In this document: positions 54,553 through 64,000 of the stretch, piece after piece
Position numbering within the stretch: the stretch's first letter is position 1
Layout: every line of letters starts with the position of its first letter
Source of the DNA: Octopus vulgaris
Taxonomy: Eukaryota
DNA: 64,000 bases
Direction: 5' to 3'
Assembly (NCBI GenBank): GCA_951406725.2
Contig: OX597817.1
Location: 116,560,001-116,624,000 of the forward strand
The notes under the pieces: generated by a model
The model's input: only the letters and a program-made list of their open reading frames with translations
Databases searched by the model: none
What the model was told of the DNA's origin: nothing
Position numbers and translations under genes: made by a program

Positions 54553-55557
54553 AGACGTGATAAAAGGATTCACAAGATAATTTGTTTTCAAATACACCTT
54601 TTCTTTCATGAGTTATGCATCATTTTCTATTTTCATGTAAATAACCTCAAAAATACTGATGCACCCGGTAACATGTAATATACAAACACAAACACATACA
54701 TATATACATATATATATATTTATATACACACATATAAACATACGACATGCTAATATATACACAGATGGACACACACACATACACACCTGTACATAAACAA
54801 AGAAGTTCAATTCCTGCTAAATGTAATAAAGGTACAGGTTTTTTATATACAAAATACGGAAAATTAAACTATTTCGCAGATAGTTCAAAATTAATAAGTT
54901 ATGAATTCTGCCTGAAAGACTTGTTGGTATTCTGTGTAAATTCATTTAAACATATATGAAAAAATATAATTTTATTTGTTTCTTTCAACTGTTTTTTTTT
55001 TCTTCTCAAGCTTTCTGCCTTAACATCATTTTTTTTCTTCGTGTTTATTTGTTACAACAAACTTATTTAGTAATTTATTACTGGCGCTATGTATTCTGAA
55101 TGAGGAAGTCAACGGGATGTATATGTGTGTCAAATCAGTTTTAAATAACCTGAATATTTCAATATCCCTTACATAGGTCATAGATGAAAGGGTGTTTTAT
55201 TTTTGTATGTGCTTCTTACAATTATTGTAACCTATAATTATTTTACATTCAGACGTTATAACTTGCAGTGCTTTTAATATAAGTTCAAGCTTTATACACC
55301 ATACATGAGATCACATCATAGATCGGTTTCTTTCCTTTTTCAATCAACTTACCGGCTTTTCTTCACTTATTTTATATAGATATTTTTTTTTCATAATCTT
55401 ATGTATAAATATTATTTCCGTTTGTGAGGTGTAGTTTCCTGTTCTGTGGTATAAATTCAATATTCTTAAATTTGATTTGATACCATATACTTTTACACAT
55501 ATGTTTATATATGCTATCACTCTATATTTTGGTTTTTACAGTAAATTTTGTATCCGC

Positions 55558-55559
<2 letters not shown>

Positions 55560-55617
<58 letters not shown>
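55560..55617. repeat. (TG)n microsatellite
   Basis: Seen directly. Confidence 0.95.
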
Positions 55618-55619
<2 letters not shown>

Positions 55620-58600
55620 GCACTTAATCTCTTCTGAAATGTAAATGCATCTACAACACATGTGTGTAATACGCAGCATTTAAATCGTTTATTCTTTCCT
55701 TTTTTAATCCTTTATTACAAGATATTTTTCTTTTCTTTCATACGCTAAGAAGTATTAACATTAATATGAATATCAATATAAAGCATTAGCTGCTATTCTG
55801 AGTTTCCATTTTCCTCTATGGTTACTAAACGTATTTATAATTCCTAAACATTTGTAACTTTTTCAGTTTTTCAAATCAGAATGAAAAGATGATCAATGCA
55901 AGTTTTGCTGTTAACAGTGAAGCTGCCCTCTTTACAATCAGTGAGAGAATATTTGCATAGAGTTTAAGAATTACTTTGAAAAGGCTGATGCAACAACTGC
56001 TCGGGTCATTTTCTCTAAGGCAAACTAAATTTGAATTAAATAGGAAGACTGGCAGTAAAAATGTATGCATTAAAATCAATATGAAAATTGTTGAAAATGG
56101 AAATATCCAAGTTAGATGTTAAGCAAATTTTGAAACTAGAGGAAACTGCCATTATTTTATTGACACTTTACGTGGTGAGATGTTCAAACAGAAGAAAGCC
56201 ATCTCAATTGATTGATGATAAGTCATTCATTAGTTCACAATTGTGAATCGAAATCCTATTTTTCCATATTCCCAAGGTTGATGAGTATCAGTAATATGTC
56301 GATGTTCAAAGAATAATTTATATATCATGTGCTTAGTCAAAAGATTTGTTCTTAACAAAGATTTTATATCTATCATCAAAACGCCTGCCATAAAACTGTC
56401 GCCCTTCTCTACCTCTCAAATACTAATCCCCATATAATCAAATTGCCTTTCCCTTTTACTTTTCTTTCCTCCTTTATTTTCTCTCCTGTTCCTTTCTTTT
56501 CGAGCAAATTATTTGGCAATCTTGCCAGTGGAATAAGAATAAAGCGCCCAGTAAACGCTGTCGTGTCGTTGACACTAGAAAAGGCATCCAGCTATAGAAA
56601 CCGTGTCAATGTTGACATTAGAGCCCGATGTGGCCTTACAGCATGTCAGATCCTATGAAACCATCTGCCCTATGTGGTGAACATGGGAAAACGATGTTGA
56701 TGATGAATTCCACTTTTAAGATGTTTATATTAAAAAGAACTCGAAATATTTCCTTCATCCTTTTTTCCCTTCGTTCAAATGCTCATCTCTCCATTGCCAA
56801 TCCAACTCGATACTAAAATCTTTGACCTAAATGTAGGTTTGGACTCCAGACTATTTATTTGTTTATTAAATATATAAATAATATTCTACGAACCTTATAT
56901 AAATTATAGTAAGCAAAACTGATTCACTCTAATTTAAATGACTACAACATTAATGTTACATATGATTAAGCAGTCATAGTGAAATATATCAATGATTGTG
57001 TTAAGGTGTTATGTTACAAATAAGAAAACATCAAACATTAATAGTACTAGAGAGTTATTGTGTTTCAATTATCATAACCAAAATCTTTAAAACTTTTTAC
57101 CATGTTAATTGACAATAAAGTGAAATATTAGTCTATATATCTATATTCATATCCCTTATGAATTAATTATACAAATATCTTAGATCACTTGACATTTGAA
57201 ACAAATTGATAAATACTAGATTTTTTTTTTAAAGTTGTGAATTATCTAAACATCAAATATTCTCTCTAGAGTATATTCAGCCAATTCAAATTTTCATTAA
57301 TTGGAATAATTTTGCTATCTGTTTAGTAATGAAACTTATATATTAAATAATCATAAGCAATGAGTTGAAGCTTTATGTTGATGATGCATAAATAGCATAA
57401 ACAATGTAGGTTCACAATGAGGAACATTAAAAGAAGTCCAATTTTATCAACATGCAAAATTGATTTTAAATACTTATCATGTTAGAAATCCAACCAACAA
57501 TGCAGCGGGATATATCTAAGTGATAAAATTAGACTCTGGAATTATAAACCAAATTTATAATGGGAAACAAAGATACTAAATTTCAACTGACTCATTAAAG
57601 CAACACAATGTGTATGATACATTCAATAACCCTTGACTCTTAAACTACATCCACTTAGACACACTATTTCTAGAGCTTCCAAGCCAACGCACTTTTCTGG
57701 TTAAGTGCAGCTAACTAACAAACATATACTTACCTAAATCTCTTTCCACCAAGTTTGCTTGTATCTCATTTTCTTCTTATAAACTAATCCATAATAAAGT
57801 TGTGCCTAATTTTATTGTTCTCAGTCCTATTATTGTACATGTGTTAATTTGATTCTATAAATCCCATTCACTAATATATACATACTCTGTATAACTATAC
57901 ATTTAATATATTAAAATAAGCCAAATTGGGGGCTTTCAAAAACAGATGCATTCAAATTAAATATTTTGAAGCTATCAGAAGTAGAAATGGTTGCAACATC
58001 TAACAATATGGTGTAAATTCATTAAAGATATTACATTTTGAATTTATCTGGATAAATTCAAAATGTGCAACAGATGAAATATATAGACATTAGATGAAAC
58101 ATACTTGTGTATCCAAACCTAAACATCCAGTCTCAGATATTAAGACGAGCCAGTTAGGAAGGTTCTACTTAGTCTGTCAAAGTTCTATAATAACAGCCAA
58201 ATTTCCCTTGAATCACACCTTACCAACACGAAAAACGAAATAACTGCTGGATAATATAATTTTAGCTACTTGGTCTCAGAAAAAGAATATGGTGGCAATG
58301 GGCAGAATGCTCTGATCTAGGGGCTGTTTGATCAATTAGAAATATGCTGAAGCTAAATAACAACAGAGTTGCAGGCCAGTACATCTTTTTCCAATAAAGG
58401 TTGCCAAACTATGCATTTGCACTGGCGGCTGTAGAAAATTAACTCAAATAAGCATTTTTCAAAGTTATATGCCCCACTGTCAATACAAGAAATGATTGTT
58501 TCTCACATAATTTTACTTTAAGTTTGTTTTAATTCAAGTTATCCAGATCCAACTTCAGTCTGACTTTCATAACTAAATATATATATACTCAAATAATTCT

Positions 58601-59302
58601 AAAATATCAAATAAAGACTTTAAAATCATTGTTCTGCATTTCATAGGGTTATGTTGAATCACATTCAAATAGCTAAAAGAAAAAAGAAGGTAAAAGTTAC
58701 CTAGGCTGTAACGTTTTGCAAAACACTATAATTGTTATTTACAGTTATCTTCCAAATTTATGATCAGGAAAATTTTATCAATTTTGTCAAAAGTGATGAT
58801 AAATCATCTTTTGACAACAAGATGTCTGTTTTGGGGGGATTTTTGTAAAAGAAAAAAGCAAACAAGCAAGAATATACAATATTTGTTTATTTCAACAGAG
58901 AAATGATTATATACAATTTTATTTCACTTCATCTGTCTTCACATGCAAAATAGGTCTTATTTCTGATCATTTTTTAAATACAGTTTTCAACCAGTGTGCC
59001 ACTACCTTCTTGCCAAAAAAACTAATATGGCTACCACCACATATCCACACACATAAACATTACTACTCTCATATTTATATATGCAGATACATTTACATAC
59101 ACATGTGTGTGTACACATGCATGTGTCTATGTATATGTGTGTTTGGGTTTGGCAGAACAACAAAGTGAATATATCTCAATATATGAATAAATGTATTTAA
59201 TGAAAAATAAAAGATGCGCATACATATATGTATTTATGTGCATGTGTGTGTGTGTGTGTACACACACACATATTCACACAGACACATGCACACTTATGTA
59301 CA

Positions 59303-59347
<45 letters not shown>

Positions 59348-59364
59348 CATACTTATATATATAT

Positions 59365-59565
59365 ATTTCTTTACTACCCATAAGGGGCTAAACTCAGAGA
59401 GGGTAAACAAGGACAGACAAACGGATCAAGTCGATTTCATCGACCCCAATGTGTAACTGGTCCTTAATTTATCGACCCCGAAAGGATGAAAGGCAAAGTC
59501 GACCTCGGTGGTATTTGAACTCAGAGACGAAATACGGCTACGCATTTCGCCCGGTGTGCTAACGC

Positions 59566-59570
<5 letters not shown>
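59365..59570 (-). mobile_element. SINE family B monomer
   Basis: CGACCCCGAAAGGATGAAAGGCAAAGTCGACCTCGG. A small local duplication lies at about 59602-59647. Confidence 0.85.
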
Positions 59571-59602
<32 letters not shown>

Positions 59603-59665
59603 CGGCTACGCATTTCGCCTGTCTGATGCGTGCTAACATTTCTGCCAAAATAAAGCTCTCTACCA

Positions 59666-59738
<73 letters not shown>

Positions 59739-60770
59739 CATATATATGCATGTATACATATGTTTATCTATTCATATAAATCCTCTGTTGATATTAACAA
59801 TGTATATTATTTGTTTGATCAAATGAATAACCTACTCAGAATTAAAGCCTGAAGTAACGGAGCATTCCACAGAAGCATGTACTCTTAACATAATTATCTG
59901 AATAAATCAATGTGAGCCTCTGTTCCGAAAGTGAACTTTTGAATCACAGACATGATTCATCTCATGACCTTTTAAGCAGTTTCCCTCAATTCAACTCAGA
60001 TATTGTATTAATGATACAATAGGCTAAATCACGCAGAGTAAAGCTGCTCCCCCTTGAGCTCTGCTGTGCATGTGCACCAAGTTTTAAATTCCTAGCTCAC
60101 TCTTGCTGTATACAGCAGTGCATGGAATGAGGGTATGTAGCATGTGATCATCAACACATTGACCTTGACAGAGAAAGTTATGATAGTGATACCTGCTCAA
60201 AAGGCTTTGCAATGTTGCAGAAAGTGTATAGAGAGGAGTGTATGAGCTGGACACAAGTGTAAGAGTGGTTTAGTCGATTACAAGATGGCCGAAAAATTGT
60301 TGATATTGACGAACGTTCTGGGAGATCCACTACCAGCAGGAATAAGAAAAACATTGTAGATGTGCATATTGCTGTGAGACGAAATCACCATCCATGAGTT
60401 ATCAGAGGATATGCAGATTAGTTATAGTTCAGTCCATTATCATTCAAGATTTGGGTATAAGACACATGTCTGCTATGCTAAAACTACCTTCAGCTGACTA
60501 AAAAGACACTTGGGTTTCAGTTGCGCAAGATCTCCTTGATTAAGTTGAGAATGATAAAAAGTTTTTGGAAACTTTGTGTAGGCCTCTGAGCAGGTATCAC
60601 TAAGCTTTTGGCAAAATTTGATACAGATTCTTTGCTCAACTTTCTTTGTGTTGTAAAGTTCTATATTTAAGAGATGAGGAATTATGTACATTATTTACAT
60701 TTGACGGATATTTGTCCTCATTTACATTATTTACATTTTATGGATATTTGTACTCATCTTGTTTGTTGTT

Positions 60771-60816
60771 CACACAACGTTTCTGTTGATATACCCTCCA
60801 GCCTTCATCAGGTGTC
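60771..60816 (-). ncRNA. Minimal type I hammerhead motif, family 1
   Basis: Minus strand reads gacac-CTGATGA-a-ggctg...caaca-GAAA-cgtt-gtgt. The core is intact and stem II is damaged. Confidence 0.7.
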
Positions 60817-60850
60817 TTGGGAAATTTTGAACCTGAGGTATTTTTCAATG

Positions 60851-60896
<46 letters not shown>

Positions 60897-60902
60897 CATT
60901 AT

Positions 60903-60978
60903 TCACGTTACTGCCTAGAATCGAACTTGGAATCTTGGGGTTGGCAGCCCGCACTCTTAACCATTTTACCATATGCCT
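60903..60978 (-). promoter_or_regulatory. tRNA-like cassette inside the PLE 3' region
   Basis: Homologous to 5181-5256, with B box AAGTTCGATTC. It is continuous with the PLE body. Confidence 0.7.
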
Positions 60979-62560
60979 GTGGGCAATTATGGAGTGAATT
61001 TTAAGGCTTGTAAATCTAATATTTTTCTATCCTTCCTTAATACCAGTTCCCAGTTCCCATATGCTATTCATATCTGCACTTGGTCTGCTTAGGAGGTTGT
61101 TGTGTCCTAGCATATGTGCTACTTCTTTTAGTTTTCGTATTTTCCAGTGGTGTTCTCTGTCTATTATTTTTACTTCATCCCACAGGGAGAGGTGGTCTCC
61201 ATTTTTCCATTTATGATCAGCTATACCCGATTTATCAATATCTTATTGTGTGTGCTACCCTTATCTTGAGGAAGTGACATGTTTCACCTTTGTATAACCT
61301 ACCACAGCTGCATGGGATAGTTTACATGCAGTTTTTGGTCATATTCTCATCTACTGGTGGTTTTACTTGAAGGAGATATTTGCAAAGTGTTGTATTACTC
61401 TTGAATACTGTCCTGATGTCATATGGGCTGCATATATTTTGTATCGTTTCGGAGAGGCCTTTCAGATTGAGTAGATAGATTGCGAACAGTTTATCGGTTT
61501 CACCCTCCCTCTTCTTCCTAATTTGAGTGAACAGTATGTTTTGGGGGTAGTTATTGCTTAATAGATTGTTACTGAGCTTGATCATTTCTTCGTAGTTGGT
61601 ATCACGATTGCTACTTATATTCTTTGCTCGATGTTTTAGGCACTGAGAAATCCTTGTCTTTACACTGTATGGATGGTGGAAATTGAAGTTGAAGTATGGT
61701 CCAGTGAAGGTCAGCTTGTGGCATACAGATGTCCTGAATCCATACTTGGTGCATGTTATTAATACGTTTCTTTGTGATGGTCAATGTGATGATCACGGGC
61801 TAAACACCTTCTTTGCAAGCAGTGTTGTAAATAGCAGACGTGAGCTAGAATGCTAAACCTTAGTGTGCATCCACAGCAGAGTTCAAGGTCAATCTATGCC
61901 AAGCAGCTTTACTCTGAGTGCTTTAGCTTCGTTACTATGGCAACAGTCCAGATACTTATTGATCATACCTCGTAAGTGTGAAGAAAAATTGTGTTCAAGC
62001 GGCCATGCAATGGTATCAAATCAGGATATCCTTTTTATGATGCAATCCTTTGAAATGTTTCGACATCAGAATCATTTCAGTAATGTGCATGACCATTGCT
62101 TGTTAATGAGCTGCAAAATGAATATGATTTTTAGCCTGGCTCAAGATTTGCCAGATTTACTTCATTTTTCGTAGATATCTTATTGGTTATATGCAATGCA
62201 GAATCATTAAAATTGGTATTATGCACATGTGCATTTCTGACCACAAATAGAGCCCTGTTTTTTTGTTTTTTTACATAATACACAGACACATATTGTTTCA
62301 GGTGGTGATTATCTATTATTAGCTTGCTTTGTTTGGGAAATTTTCAATGGTTAACAAGACAGACTACTGCACTAAGATTTTTTAAAGTGGTTTGCTAACT
62401 GCAAAGAGAAAGAGAGTGTAACACAGCAACGATATGGTAGAGCCAGCTGAGAGAATGGCTAGAACCAAGAGAGAGGATGATGATCAGCAAACTGTAAAAC
62501 AAAAGTTTGAAGCAGGTTAGCATATTTGATGTAGTACTTGATGAAATTTTATATAATTCA

Positions 62561-62884
62561 AATGACACCTTTAATGTTGACAACAGTAATTTTCTACATT
62601 AATAATTCTAAATTACTATTAGTGAAGTGGTCAACCATATATATTTTCATAAAAAGTATGTAGAGGTGAGTGAATCTTATCTCTTTGGCATATGTTGATA
62701 ACACCTGACATGCTTCAGTCTTAATGACACCTTTAATGTTGACAACAGTAATTTTCTACATTAATAATTCTAAATTACTATTGGTGAAGTGGTCAACCAT
62801 ATATATTTTTATAAAAGGTATATAGAGGTGAGTGAATCTTTTCTTTTTGGCATATGTTGATAACACCTGACATGCTTCAGTCTT
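62561..62884. repeat. 162-bp tandem duplication
   Basis: AATGACACCTTTAATG...CATGCTTCAGTCTT starts at 62561 and 62723, with few differences. Confidence 0.9.
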
Positions 62885-63277
62885 ACATAGTCAGTTATTC
62901 AAACTCTTTCACTGACAAAAAGAATATAAGATATATTTTGAATGAGTGCAAAACATATTTCATGGTTGAAGAAAGTTTCAACTCAGGCTTTGCAGGTAAT
63001 TATAGATATCAGAAATGGAAAAAGTGTGCCATAATATGAGCTGAAAGGACTCAGATATTTCTTGTTGTTGCCATGCAGCTCTTCTCCATTGGAGTATACT
63101 TTGTGGTTGAAAGGTGATGAAATTAAGTGTTTCTATTAATATTTGATAGAAAGAATGGCTTTCCTTTTGTATTAGTGTTACATAAACTTATGTTTAGATA
63201 TATGCTTTCATAGTTCCACATCTGATTTTTTTAAAGCAAGGTGTAGGCCTGAGTAAAGTTTTGTTTATGAAATAATC

Positions 63278-63491
63278 CTTTCTAATATAGGCACAAGGCC
63301 TGAAATATGGGGGGCAGGTACTAGTCGATTACATCAATTCCAGTGTTTCATTGGTATTTACTTTATCGATCCTGAAAGGATGAAAGGCAAAGTCAACCTC
63401 AGTAGAATTTGAACTCAGAACACAGAGATGGGCAAAGCACTGCTAAGCATTTCGCCCAGCATGCAAACAATTCTGCCAACTTGCAGCCTTT
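63278..63491 (-). mobile_element. SINE family B monomer, CpG-decayed
   Basis: GAAAGGATGAAAGGCAAAGTCAACCTC and GCTAAGCATTTCGCCC. Confidence 0.85.
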
Positions 63492-63797
63492 GTTTATGAA
63501 ATAATAACAGCAATTGCTGAGATGCTCTTCACCACTTCATCAGTATTGGCCACATGAGAAGCAGGATTAATAAAGCTTGATACTTGTCATTACAGTCATT
63601 AGTGTCAGGGTCTGAATCACCAGGAGGGGCACTGTGTCAGTCATGACAAGTGTTCCATTTGATACAATCAACGGAACAACCTACTAACGAAATTAATGAG
63701 CAATTGGCTGAGCACTCCACAGACATGTGTAACTTTAACACAGTTCTCAGGGAGATTCAATGTGAGGCAGAATGTGATGAGACTGACCCATTGAACT

Positions 63798-64000
63798 TGT
63801 TGTGTGGACGCCCCCAGACAATGAAGTAGGCTAGCCCAATACGTAGATATAGAGGGAGCAGTCTAGACGTCATCAGAGAACAGTTGAGTAGCGGTGAGAG
63901 AAGAGTAGAGTAGAGTTGAGTAGAGGTCATCCGAACGTACGACATAACAGAACTACAGGTACAACTCGCTTTTGTTAGCTGAGTTAGGTGGAGCATTATA
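63798..64000. mobile_element. Possible LTR end running out of the window
   Basis: An abrupt TGTTG start interrupts a decayed repeat. It is richer in GC and CpG than its surroundings. Confidence 0.3.

Larger units (their letters stand above)
60651..61766 (-). mobile_element. 5'-truncated Penelope-like element (RT thumb, GIY-YIG, tRNA-like cassette, TAA tract, HHR pLTR)
   Basis: NNYPQNI...KGLSETIQNICSPYDIRTVFK...NCM*TIPCSCGRLYKGET. A 10-bp TSD TTTCTTTGTG lies at 60641-60650 and 61767-61776. Confidence 0.88.
60010..61974. mobile_element. Mariner derivative made of two inverted 5' ends, with the right arm interrupted by a PLE
   Basis: 60020-60180 is an inverted match to 61767-61930. The transposase N-terminus is read on + (SDTCSKGFAMLQKVY...DERSGR) and on - (VEQRICIKFCQKLSDTCSEAY). 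The right end is ...GATCATACCTCG followed by TA. Confidence 0.7.

Noticed and set aside
54124-54678. SETMAR-like host gene
   Set aside because: It lies inside an internally deleted mariner with TIR remnants and has no SET domain.
55876-56280. Possible coding exon or pseudogene
   Set aside because: Stops occur in all frames and no protein similarity was recognised.

Overview
Very AT-rich eukaryotic DNA, dense in microsatellites. The SINE/LINE repertoire looks like an octopod cephalopod genome (recognition from memory, not proven). Most of the window is decayed mobile DNA: three tRNA-derived SINE families, an R4/Dong-type RLE LINE, CR1- and RTE-type LINE fragments, two Penelope-like elements (PLEs), many Tc1/mariner relics, MITE-like hairpins and a probable Helitron 5' relic. 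There are three highlights. (1) A PLE family carries a tRNA-like Pol III cassette, then (TAA)n, then a minimal hammerhead ribozyme (HHR) pLTR. It appears as a coding copy (60.65-61.77 kb) and as a non-coding fold-back palindromic derivative (4.79-8.04 kb), into whose TAA tract a Dong LINE later inserted. (2) HHR-like motifs from about five unrelated sequence families occur in 64 kb, one with a fully intact core. (3) The only convincing host-like ORF (17119-17694, 191 aa) carries a PKI-type PKA pseudosubstrate motif, F-x7-RRNAIxD. The right end (about 56-64 kb) looks CpG-eroded and may be a methylated gene body. Most ORFs in the supplied track are microsatellite translations.
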